Shown piece by piece: positions 36,261-46,413 of a stretch of DNA of 64,000 nt. The position numbers and the translations under genes are program-made. This DNA comes from Macrostomum lignano (taxonomy: Eukaryota). Each line of letters starts with the position of its first letter. Within the stretch, counting starts at the first letter, position 1. The notes under the pieces are model-generated. The model was not told where the DNA came from and did not search any database. It saw only the letters and a program-made list of their open reading frames with translations. Location of the stretch: positions 124,001 through 188,000 of the forward strand of contig NIVC01000897.1 in NCBI GenBank assembly GCA_002269645.1. The letters run 5' to 3'.

Positions 36261-38042
36261 CATAAGCATAGACAGCGGCGTCCCTCAGCGCGCCCAGCTG
36301 CTGCTGCTGAGCTCCCTGACTCAAAGCATCGGTCCTTTGTCCAGCCAGCCGGCTCATCAAGCAGTAATAATCGCCGTACACTAAGCTAGTAGTGAATCCG
36401 GCAGCGGCCGCGGCGTCACCAGGCGGCCCGACACTGTCTACTAGGCACTGATAGACGCAGGCGGATACGGCAGCACTGATGCTGCGCAGCAGGAACAGTT
36501 CCTGGGCGTTGGCTGGCAGCTCAGGCGGAGACGCCCATCGGCGCAGCTGGCCGAGCACGTCGCCAATGAGATTCTGCAGCTGACGGATGGGATCGGCTAC
36601 TACAGTTTTGAAGCTGCTAACAGCCGCATTGATTAGCGGCAAACTGTTCGGCAGAGGCATTTTAGCTTCTAATTGAAGCGGCGCATCGGTCAGATTGTCC
36701 TGCAGCAGTTCCTGAAGGAGCAGCACCAGCTCCATGCGCACTGAGGTCAGGCCGCCGCCGCTGGCGCCGTGCAGAGAGCAGAAGCTTAGCAGAGTTCGCA
36801 ACAGCTGTTCATTGTCGCGCAGCCACAGCTTCCTACGCTGCCAAGAGTCCAAACGGCTGTGCAATGAGCCCCCTAAGTCAACTAGGCTGGCCTTGCGACC
36901 GCCGTAACCGGGTGCAGCGGCTGCCGAGGCGACAGTCGTTATCGTGGCGGCGGAATCTTCCTCTTCACCGGGAGTGCAGCCGTAGTGACACAGTCGCCTC
37001 AGCAGTGCGGTCTCCCGCTCCAGCCAGGCGTACAGCTGGGCCCGCAGCTGGCCGCCGTCGACTTCAAAGCCCGTAGCCAAGGTGCTCAGCTCCTCGGACA
37101 TAATCCGCTGGCAGGCCACGAATCGCAGCTGGTGAGTCATTACGTCCAGCACAGCCGGAGAATCTTTTAATGCAACCACTTCGCCAGTCGGCGCGTCATC
37201 AACCGGTGCTTCACCGTTTTCGAGGGCACCAGCTTCCTTTTTATCAATCGTCGCCTCATCGTCGTCAATATCCTCGTCGCTGCTGCTGCTCAGTCGAAGC
37301 GACGGCGGCCTGTCGTCGTCGGCGTCAGCCGCCGTTCCGATGTCGTTCCAGCACAGGAAGTTGTCTTCCTCTTTGGCCGGCGGCGGTGGCGGAGGCGGCG
37401 GCTGCTCCGCCTGCTGCTGTTCACCGTCGGCCGCCTTGCCAGCCGGAGTCTCCAGTCGCAGATAGTCGGGCAGGCGGGTCAGAACCTCAAGCGCCAGACT
37501 GGGGCAGCCCAAACGGAAATAGGCGTGTGCGGTGCGGAAGAACAGCCGGCGCTCTGTTAGGCTCATCCGCTCACCCGACGCTGACGATGCGGCTGTCGGC
37601 ACCGCCGCAGTTGCACCGCCGCCACCCATGCCAACTGGTAGGCCGCCGCGCAGTTTAGCCTGGCGCAGTATCAACGGATGGCATTTCAAATAATTGAAGT
37701 AGTTGAACACGCTCGGACTGGACTGGTCAAGCAGGGCGGAGTCCGGCTCGCCCAGCAGCAGAGTGCTGACTGCTTGGTCATAGTCTTTCAATAGCCAGTG
37801 CGCCATGCTGCGGTAGAACGGATTAGAATAATACCGGCCAGTCGGGCTGAGCACGTACTTATTGAGTAAGTCGGCGAGCGGCTGGTTGCTATTGGATACC
37901 AGTACGCCTTCGGCTGCGTGCAGCCTAGCCAGCACTATGGCCAGCTGCAGATCGTTCAGTTTGGTGACGCAAACTTCCACTGCATCTTTAACGCTGTTGC
38001 CAAGCAGAAAGAAGGCGGCTGCGTGCTCAAATCGTTGCTTAC
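36261..38042 (-). CDS. DMXL: DMXL exon 9 (Rav1p_C-region continuation)
   Basis: GKQRFEHAAAFFLLGNSVKDAVEVCVTKLNDLQLAIVLARL...PFYRSMAHWLLKDY...ELSTLATGFEVDGGQLRAQLYAWLERE. cgcag|GT and G|gtgcgt; 1782 nt, phase 1-1. Confidence 0.95.
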
Positions 38043-38137
38043 CTGCGAGCGGGGAGTCGCATCAGTGAGTTAGGCGAATTTTTGTAACAGAATGAATCCC
38101 ATTATTTCCCGTATTACATCTCAATCCTATTACACCA

Positions 38138-38220
38138 GAATTATATCACATCTGAATTATATCACACCTGAATTATATCACACTGAATTATATCACACCT
38201 GAATTATATCACACCTAAAT
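38138..38220. repeat. 16-bp tandem repeat (GAATTATATCACACCT), ~5 copies, DMXL intron 8
   Basis: Tandem units directly visible. Confidence 0.9.
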
Positions 38221-38339
38221 TCTATTCGATGGGCATATGATAGCACCCGAATACAAACGGATACTATTATAAACTAAATCCATCTGCATTTTGAAATCCA
38301 TCAGCATCCCAATCAAGCCAGCAGCCTCAGCTCACTCAC

Positions 38340-38826
38340 CCAGCAGGTCAAAGGCATTCTTCAGAGCCGCTGTGCGCCAACGCTCCTGACTGAAGTCTTG
38401 CCGAAAGAAGTCCTGCAGCTTCTGATTGCTGACAGTTTTGTACAGGGCGGCTATCACTTTGACTCGTCGCATTGCCAGATAGAATACGGCAGCGTCTAGC
38501 GGCTCCTGTTTAGACTGAAAAGCCGCCTTAGCGGCCCGTTCAGCGCATCGGCGCAGCAGGGAATCGTTGCGCACCCACCAGCCGCAGCCGTACTGCTTCA
38601 TCACTGACCAAGCTAGGTCGCCAGACTCCGTGACAGGCAACCGGCTGAGCAGCTCCTCCTGAGCCTCGCTGTGAAATGCCCAGACTAAATTGCCAGCGGC
38701 GATGCCATTCTGTGCTAGCTCGGCCCGCTGGCTAGGCGGCAAAGTGCGCAACAGGTAGGTGTGATGCTGCAGTACAACAAAGAATCTGAGACCGCACGCG
38801 TCTAGGGAGTCGGTGAGGCCGCGCAC
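38340..38826 (-). CDS. DMXL: DMXL exon 8 (Rav1p_C domain)
   Basis: DSLDACGLRFF...VWAFHSEAQEELL...GCGWWVRN...EPLDAAVFYLAMRR...FFRQDFSQERWRTAALKNAFDLL. cttag|GTG and G|gtgagt. Confidence 0.96.
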
Positions 38827-38938
38827 CTAAGCGAGGTTAGTAGGTTGGATGATAATAAAGGTTATTAAGAGGGCGGACACATAAATGAGGCTTGTAAACG
38901 AAAAAATTGCTGTACAATTTAGGCTTGACGATGGGGGG

Positions 38939-39251
38939 GGGGGTCCGTAGCCCAGTGGCCAAGCGCGGCGCTCTCATGTGCCAGCGGCCCAGGCTCGATT
39001 CCAAGTGCAGTTACATTAATTTGGGGCTAAATTGGAATCTCGGCTTGGCTCTGCTCGTGCAATTAACGGCCTTGAGGGCCAACCCCCAAGGCACAGTGTG
39101 TATGCCTAACGATAAATAAAGTTAGGGCCGCTGTACACTCCCGTGAGTGTGTGCCTGCTCAGGGGAGTCGGCAGAATGGCAGTAATGCCTCTCGCCGGTT
39201 GTGACAATCTTGCTTAAAGTGCGCCAGGGTGCACACTGCCCCTGCCTTTAA
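38939..39251 (+). mobile_element. SINE family B, full length, DMXL intron 7
   Basis: GGGGTCCGTAGCCCAGTGG (A box) ... GGCTCGATTCC (B box); matches the copies at 5012 and 11703. Confidence 0.88.
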
Positions 39252-39321
39252 CTAGGCCTGACGATAAGAACTCGGGGTCGCTGTACACCCTGTGCAAGAT
39301 TGTGCCTGCGTGCGGTGCGTG

Positions 39322-39545
39322 CTCAGGGGTTATCGGAATGGGCCTGAGTTCTTGCTTCCTCGCTGCCTTGATTTGCACTCAGGGGTTTTCGGAATGGGCC
39401 TGAGTTCTTGCTTCCTCGCTGCCTTGATTTGCACTCAGGGGTTTTCGGAATGGGCCTGAGTTCTTGCTTCCTCGCTGCCTTGATTTGCACTCAGGGGTTA
39501 TCGGAATGGGCCTGAGTTCTTGCTTCCTCGCTGCCTTGATTTGCG
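39322..39545. repeat. 56-bp tandem repeat x4, derived from a SINE-like 3' segment
   Basis: CTCAGGGGTT(A/T)TCGGAATGGGCCTGAGTTCTTGCTTCCTCGCTGCCTTGATTTGCA starts at 39322, 39378 and onward. Confidence 0.9.
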
Positions 39546-39681
39546 ACGGAGCCCAGAAAGACTCGTCGCAAGCTATAATAAACCAGCTTAAAATCCTCTC
39601 ACTCCGCAAATTAGAGCAGCCTTTAATTTGCAAGTTCCCACAGTAGCACTATGGCAGCAGAGTTCAAAGCCAGCTGCTCAC

Positions 39682-40224
39682 CGAGCCCTCAGTGCTGGTG
39701 TAGCCTCGCACGCTGCCATCGTCTAGTGAGGCCAGACGCGCTCCAGTCTTCGGCTGCCAGTCGGAGCCCAGGCCGGTCTGCAGGTTGGCAACCACTTCAG
39801 CCAAAGCTAGCAGGTACATCTGGTCTAGGCGGCTCAGGCCGGGCAGCTGGATCTGCATCAGGTGCTCAGTAAGCAGCTTGGCGGTAGCTGGGCCGAAAGC
39901 CGTTCGATTGCCGCCCTGCTGCTGGTGAACAGTGGAAGTCACCCGACGCTGAGTCCGAGGAGACTTCGGTGAGTCGCCGTCGCCAGCCTCGAGCTCGTCG
40001 TCTTCTTCCGCCTCGAGCAGGTTGTGCGAGTAGGTATCCGGCAGAGAGGTCTCGTCGCCGAACGCGTTATCAAACAGATCGTTGGCACCGCCATTCAGCA
40101 GGCCGCCGGAAGCGTCGGCGCCAGCGCCAGATTGAGAGCCAGTGCCGGCACCGGCGACGCTGTCATTGTCGGCTTCGAACAAGGCGTACAGCGGCAGCGG
40201 CGGGACGGCTTTGATGTCAAGCAC
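39682..40224 (-). CDS. DMXL: DMXL exon 7
   Basis: VLDIKAVPPLPLYALFEAD...FGPATAKLLTEHLMQIQLPGLSRLDQMYLLALAEVVA. actcag|GTG and TCG|gtgagc; 543 nt. Confidence 0.93.
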
Positions 40225-40369
40225 CTGAGTTAGGTAAAATGACGCGTGCTGGAGAAGTGGACGGGTTATTTTGTTGTAATTGCTTGCTAATAACTGTACA
40301 GTATAGTTACCGACACTAAACGACAAGACAGTCGACACATTAAGCAACCACATAACCGACAAATTAAAT

Positions 40370-40600
40370 GACTATATGACTGACATAATTAACGACCACA
40401 TGACTGACATAATAAACAACCACATGACCGACATGATAAGCGACCACATGACCGACATGATAAGCGACCACATGACCGACATGATAAGCGACCACATGAC
40501 CGACATGATAAGCGACCACATGACCGACATGGTAAGCGACCACATGACCAACATGGTAAGCGACCACATGACCAACATGATAAAGGACAAGATAAGCAAT
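40370..40600. repeat. 24-bp minisatellite (GACATGATAAGCGACCACATGACC), ~9 copies, DMXL intron 6
   Basis: Explains the MISDHMTD and VVAYHVGH ORFs. Confidence 0.92.
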
Positions 40601-40641
40601 ACATTAAACGACAATTGGTGCAAATAACGAAAAAAACTTAC

Positions 40642-41533
40642 AGCCTCATCGCCGGCAGCCTGAGGCTGGGCGCCCTCCACAACGCAGTGCGTGAGATGCG
40701 CCAATATGGCTCGGATCCGTTTGAATTTGCCAAAGCCAAGCAGTTCCATCAGCTTCTTAGGATGATACTGCGGCAGAGTTGGATTGCAGATCTGGGCAGC
40801 CTCGAATAGGCCAACATCCTGGATGAAAGCTGCCAGATCCAAATGCTGCGGTTGAGCCAGAGAGATGGCGGCAGCACCAGCAGACGAGGATGCAATCTGA
40901 TCGTGCTCAGTCAGACTATAAGCCGAGTAGGTGCTGTGCAGCCGATTCAGAGGCAGGGTGGCAGCGGACTTAGACAAGGCCATGTCGGTCAGCTCTCGCT
41001 TGTCAACAAAACCGGATCGAGGCTTGGCACCGCCAGCCGGTGAAGCCGACGCCGTGGCCGCAAATTTTTTCTCCTTAAAAGAGTCCGCTGGCGCCGTGTC
41101 AACCGCGCCGAGTCCGCCTAGCAGAGGTTTCCACTGCGAATAGACGTGCAGCTCGTTGTCCATGCCAACAACTAGCAGACCCTCGCGCACCCAGGCCACT
41201 CGCATCGGTAGCGGGGCCAGATCGTCCGCCGTTGACAGCTGGATCGCTCTTAATCGCATCCAGCGAATCTCTAGGCCGGCAGCCGACTCCCCGGCCATCT
41301 TAGTTCGCTGCTGAAGCACAGCCCGACCTTGGCGCTTTAATGCCGCTTTCATGTCGTGATAGTCCTTGGCCGTAGCTGTGGCGAGCTCGTGCGACACCGG
41401 CGCAAACATTTGGATGCAGGTGCTAGCCGCCACGGACAGGATGTGCGACCCGTCCTCGGTGGACACCCAGTCAAGTTGGACGAATCGCTCGTTGGGCCAG
41501 TCGGCTTCCGAGCCGTTGGGTTGAGCGCTTTTG
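40642..41533 (-). CDS. DMXL: DMXL exon 6
   Basis: FVQLDWVSTEDGSHILSV...AWVREGLLVVGMDNELHVYSQW...GLFEAAQICNPTLPQYHPKKLMELLGFGK. aaccag|C and GCT|gtaagt. Confidence 0.95.
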
Positions 41534-41591
41534 CTGGTTAGAATATGAGGGACTTAGTTGCTAGTTAGTGAGTCATAGCAAGGCTTTCAGA

Positions 41592-42399
41592 CTACCATTG
41601 AGCAGCCCTACTAATTATACCATTGAGCAGCCCTACTGATAATCCCATTGAGCAGCCCTACCGATTATACCATTGAGCAGCCCTACCGATTATACCATTG
41701 AGCAGCCCTACTGATAATCCCATTGAGCAGCCCTACTGATTATCCCATTGAGCAGCCCTACTGATTATCCCATTGAGCAGCCCTACTAATTATCCCATTG
41801 AGCAGCCCTACTAATTATTCCATTGAGCAGCCCTAGTGATTATCCCATTGAGCAGCCCTACTAATTATCCCATTGAGCAGCCCTACTGATTATACCATTG
41901 AGCAGCCCTACTGATTATCCATTGAGCAGCCCTACTGATTATCCCATTGAGCAGCCCTACTGATATCCCATTGAGCAGCCCTACTGATTATCCCATTGAG
42001 CAGCCCTACTGATTATCCCATTGAGCAGCCCTACTGATTATACCATTGAGCAGCCCTACTGATTATACCATTGAGCAGCCCTACTGATTATACCATTGAG
42101 CAGCCCTACTATTATCCCATTGAGCAGCCCTACTGATTATCCCATTGAGCAGCCCTACTGATTATCCCATTGAGCAGCCCTACCGATTATACCATTGAGC
42201 AGCCCTACCGATTATACCATTGAGCAGCCCTACTGATTATACCATTGAGCAGCCCTACTGATTATCCATTGAGCAGCCCTACTGATAATCCTATTGAGCA
42301 GCCCTACTGATAATCCCATTGAGCAGCCCTACCCCATTGAGCAGCCCTAGTGATTATCCCATTGAGCAGCCTACTGATTATCCCATTGAGCAGCCTACT
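41592..42399. repeat. 25-bp minisatellite (CCCATTGAGCAGCCCTACTGATTAT), ~32 copies, DMXL intron 5; reverse complement of the intron-11 array unit
   Basis: Reverse complement ATAATCAGTAGGGCTGCTCAATGGG differs from the intron-11 unit by one extra G. Confidence 0.96.
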
Positions 42400-42421
42400 T
42401 TTTAGAACAATGCATACTTAC

Positions 42422-43055
42422 AGACTAGACGCCAATATACTCTTGTGCAGGTGAATAGAGTCCTCCATAGTCCAGCCGGTGCCGCCAGTTGACTCCCACT
42501 CGTAGATAGCCACTCGAATATCTAATAGCCTACCGGTGCCGCAGCCGTTTCCAATCTTAATACCCTCATCTTCCTCGCCAGGCAGACTGCTAGTGCTGCC
42601 TGTGCTGCTGCGGTAGGCCACGGCGATCCGGCCGCTATAGGCGCAGGAGACGCTTAGCGGCTGGCCGGGCACTTCAATAGCGCTAGCCGAATCGCCTAGC
42701 ATTCGCCATTCGCGCCAATATGATCCGGTGGCTTCGCCGCCTCTCTGTTGCCATGGCGACCAGAATCGGATACGATTATCAGTGCACACGGTGGCTAGTA
42801 GGTAGGGTGACAGGCAGGCCGGATAGATCGACGCGGAGCTGAGATGGCCGGCTGACACGGCCGCTTGAGTTATGCCAACTCCAGGCGGCAGGGCCAGTGC
42901 AGCCGAGGCCACCTTGGCTGAGCACACTGTCAGGCTGAGCTCGCTGAGCAGTGTGCGACGGCTTGAGTCCGCGTACGGCGACTCCGGCTCGCTGGGGCTG
43001 CCAGCATTAACTGACTGCTGCCGCTGCAGCTGCTGCTCGGCTGGGGTCCGCTTGC
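42422..43055 (-). CDS. DMXL: DMXL exon 5
   Basis: SAGHLSSASIYPACLSPYLLATVCTDNRIRFW...SCAYSGRIAVAY...IYEWESTGGTGWTMEDSIHL. attcag|GC and CT|gtaagt. Confidence 0.94.
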
Positions 43056-43104
43056 CTGAATTGAATTGATAGTTAATGGGTTAATGAGACAGGTGAAAAA
43101 TTCT

Positions 43105-43500
43105 GGTGACACATGACAAGACAGCAGTCAAACTGACAGGTGACACATGACAAGACAGCAGTCAGACTGACAGGTGACACACGACAATACAGCAGTCAGA
43201 CTGATAGGTGACACACGGCAAGGCAGCAGTCAGACTGACAGGTGACACATGACAAGACAGCAGTCAGACTGACAGGTGACACACGACAATACAGCAGTCA
43301 GACTGATAGGTGACACACGGCAAGGCAGCAGTCAGACTGACAGGTGACACATGACAAGACAGCAGTCAGACTGACAGGTGACACACGGCAAGGCAGCAGT
43401 CAGACTGACAGGTGACACATGACAAGACAGCAGTCAGACTGACAGGTGACAGAGGGCAGGACAGCAGTCAGCTACTGACAGGTGACACACGTGACACAGG
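43105..43500. repeat. 34-bp minisatellite (GTGACACATGACAAGACAGCAGTCAGACTGACAG), ~11 copies, DMXL intron 4
   Basis: Period 34 (43141 to 43175). Confidence 0.93.
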
Positions 43501-43512
43501 ACGGCAACTCAC

Positions 43513-43861
43513 CGAGGGTGATACGCCACACGTGAAGACGGGTAACGCCGTCAGGCTCCCCAACCAGCATTGCCAAATAGAAGTTGCCAGTCTGAGCATC
43601 TGTTGACGTGGCCGACGAGGCCGTCTCGGCAGCCGATCGATTGCCGGTGACCAGCGGCTCGGCGAAAGCGTGCAGTATGAGAGCGCCGCCGCCGCCTGGG
43701 ACGCGAGAGTCGGCCACTTCGGCTAGTTCAACAACGCAGCCAGGCTTGGAGGCACTCTGCAAGCTGACAATCTCGCTGCTGTTGCTGCCGGCCATGGACA
43801 CGTGGCTGGCTATGCTGGTGTCCGTTGTGGAGGAGCTCATACCGCTTGCTGCGCCAACACC
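43513..43861 (-). CDS. DMXL: DMXL exon 4
   Basis: SEIVSLQSASKPGCVVELAEV...LILHAFAEPLV...FYLAMLV...LHVWRITL. ctgcag|GGT and G|gtgagt; 349 nt, phase 0-1. Confidence 0.88.
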
Positions 43862-44061
43862 CTGCAGTGAATTGAAAATTAACTTTGCTAACTGGCTACT
43901 TCAAGTAGAAATTCACGAAAGTTCGACTCATTGAAATTGAACATGCAAATAAAAATAAGTGCGCGTACGCTTTTGCATAGACGACTAACATAAAAAAATT
44001 AATTTAAGAACAAATAATACGCGTAGACAAACAGACACAAACGCAGACTGGCACACGGGAA

Positions 44062-44064
<3 letters not shown>

Positions 44065-44101
<37 letters not shown>

Positions 44102-44170
44102 CAGACAGACAGACAGACAGGCAAACAGACAGACAGACAGACACTAAGACAGACAGACAGACAGACAGGC

Positions 44171-44201
<31 letters not shown>

Positions 44202-44205
44202 GACA
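44065..44205. repeat. (GACA)n microsatellite, DMXL intron 3
   Basis: Long, slightly interrupted tetranucleotide run. Confidence 0.95.
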
Positions 44206-44229
44206 CAAAAGCAAGAATAAACAACTCAC

Positions 44230-44849
44230 GGTCTGCTGTCGGTTCCGCTCAGCCCTGGCCGTCAGAATACTCCTGGCATCGATAACAGCCATGTAGCAAC
44301 GGAGTCGCACGCCGTCAAAAGCAACAAAGACTGTGCCTGGCGACCGGTTAGACGAGCCCAACACGGAAGTTGGCAGCAGCGCGGGCAGCCAGGCCATGTG
44401 GGTGAAGGCGGTTGGCAAGGCTGAGTTCACCCTGGCCAGTTCCGTCATGCCGCCGCTGCTAGACAACGGGCCAACTGATTCAACTCGCCACAGGATCAAC
44501 TCGGAATTGAAATCCGACCCAGATTGCGAGTCGGCCGCGTCCTGCTGTTGATGCTGGAACTCGTGCTGTGAACTAGTCAGCACCAGCGGCAGCACCGGGT
44601 GACACTGGACATTGTTAGTGCGGAACCGGTGACCGCTCATGCGATCAACGTGGCTAATGCTCACAACAGTCTGATAGCTGGAGTTCTCAGCAAAGTTGAT
44701 CTGCCACAGGTTTAGCGAACCATTCCGATGCTTGGATAGTATCATTGCGCAGGGCAGGATCAGGCCGCCGCCGCGGCTCTTGCCGCCTCCGCCTCCGCCC
44801 CCGCTGCCGCTTTTCCACATGTTGCCGACTGATGTTGATAGCGATTCGC
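44230..44849 (-). CDS. DMXL: DMXL exon 3
   Basis: MILSKHRNGSLNLWQINFAE...SGHRFRTNNVQCHPVLPLVLTSSQH...SELILWRVESVGPLSSSGGMTELARVNS. ccgcag|GC and ACC|gtgagt. Confidence 0.95.
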
Positions 44850-44924
44850 CTGCGGTTGGTTGTTGATTGACAAATCAGACGGCGGAACCCGAGGAGAAGC
44901 TAAGAAACAACTCTGTGGATCTCA

Positions 44925-45172
44925 AATAAATATTCTCAGGAGGCTTGCGGGCACTCCGGCAAATAGAGCGCTGAGGGCAACTCCGCCCATTCCACGGACT
45001 TCTGAGCACAAAACAAGCGCGTCAATACTGTACGCAGACACGCAGTCATGCACACGATCACACAGGGTGTACAGCGGTTCTGGCTTTCTCTGTACATGTA
45101 CTATGGGGTAGAATCGAACCAGGGGTCGTGGCGCGTTGAGTCAGGCGTTTAACCGCTACGCTGCTTTGCCCC
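44925..45172 (-). mobile_element. tRNA-derived SINE family C, DMXL intron 2
   Basis: Minus strand GGGGCAAAGCAGCGTAGCGGTTAAACGCCTGACTC...GGTTCGATTCTACCCC head, then CCGCTGTACACCCTGTG core shared with family B. Confidence 0.75.
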
Positions 45173-45264
45173 GTGAATCTTCTAGAAGATCTCAGATTAA
45201 ACAAAGCAGAAGACTAAGCTTTTGAAAGCTAAAGAACATTAAAAATAAATCTAAACCGACTCAC

Positions 45265-45912
45265 CAAGCTGCTGCTGCTGTTGCAGTTGCTGCCTGGCCG
45301 CTGGAATACCGCCCCACACGTCGGCATCCTCGCCGTATAGAATAAGATGAGACGACATCGAGATAGCGTCGCCAACTGGGAAAGCGCGCGGAATGCTAGA
45401 CGAGAAGCTGACATGGGCCTGGCGATAGCAGCCAGACGATCGCTCGTCGATCCATTCAACCATCCACACAAGGAAGCTGCCATCGTACGGGTGGATGGCG
45501 AACAGCATGTCCGGGCACTGGTACCAGCGGTCTAGTGCATCGTCGAGGCTTGCCGGCTTCGTTGAAGCGCCGCCGTCTCCTTCGTCTTCGGCATCGTCGA
45601 CAGCCGAATTTTGCCTTTGTTGCTGCTGACGCGACGATCGCTTAGTGAAGTGCAAGAATTTGTTATTCAGCCAGTGCATTACAAAACCAGTGCCGCCGCC
45701 GCCGCCGCTTCCGCGCAGGTGTCGGCCAAAAGACGGCATCAGCGGTATGTCAGTCTCCGGATTAACGCTGGCCACCAGGTTGAACCGAACTCTGGGCAGC
45801 GGCGACCGGCTGTGTCCGACGCCGCCAGAGCCCAGCTGACGATTGCAGCTGAATTCGTGCGGCCAGCCCATGTTGAGACCGCCTGTGCGGCGCGACCAGG
45901 CGTTTGACGTGC
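45265..45912 (-). CDS. DMXL: DMXL exon 2
   Basis: RFNLVASVNPETDIPLMPS...FVMHWLNNK...PDMLFAIHPYDGSFLVWMVEWIDE...YRQAHVSFSSSIPRAFPVGDA. aatcag|GC and G|gtgagt; 648 nt, phase 1-1. Confidence 0.94.
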
Positions 45913-46084
45913 CTGATTAAATGGTTTATATCGGCATTAAAATCTCTGCATCTATGCATCAGATTTAAAGCAAAACTTTATACACACAACTGGATTAATA
46001 TGGTACACAAAGTCAGAGCTAAAATTTCTGCTTTATCGGCTGAATGAAACATACGATAACTTCTGTATAGATAGTTTAGATCAT

Positions 46085-46250
46085 CGGCGTGTTGCACTAA
46101 AGGAGGTAGTTCACTTCGCAAGTGACAATCCCACTCGCTGTCATGTTCGCGTCTTCAAGGCATTCCTTGGTGTTCGCCCACCTGGCGCTTTGGGGAAAGA
46201 ACACCATCGCAAACATGCTGACCCGAATGTGCGAGGCAGCTGGCGTGACC
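46085..46250 (+). mobile_element. Crypton-like (DUF3504-type tyrosine recombinase) fragment, internally deleted
   Basis: KEVVHFASDNPTRCHVRVFKAFLGVRP, then after a frameshift GKNTIANMLTRMCEAAGV. Resembles the Crypton P.RCPV...Y..KRP and G.N.+..M...AG motifs. Confidence 0.6.
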
Positions 46251-46257
46251 ATATGCA

Positions 46258-46413
46258 TAGAAGATAATGCATGGCTGTTAGTGTTGTATTAAACATTTAT
46301 CTCACGTAAGTTCCTTCCTTTTCTGGGATTTAACCTAATACATCCCGGAACATGTGGAACAGCTCCTCGGGATTTAAACAAATACAACCCTAAAAGCCAT
46401 GCATTATCTTCTA
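46258..46413. mobile_element. TA-bounded foldback/MITE with ~30-bp imperfect inverted arms
   Basis: TAGAAGATAATGCATGGCT at 46258 is inverted as AGCCATGCATTATCTTCTA ending at 46413. Confidence 0.7.

Noticed and set aside
35537-36269. 224-aa and 239-aa Ser/Leu/Pro-rich ORFs
   Set aside because: Translations of the purine-rich array inside DMXL intron 9.
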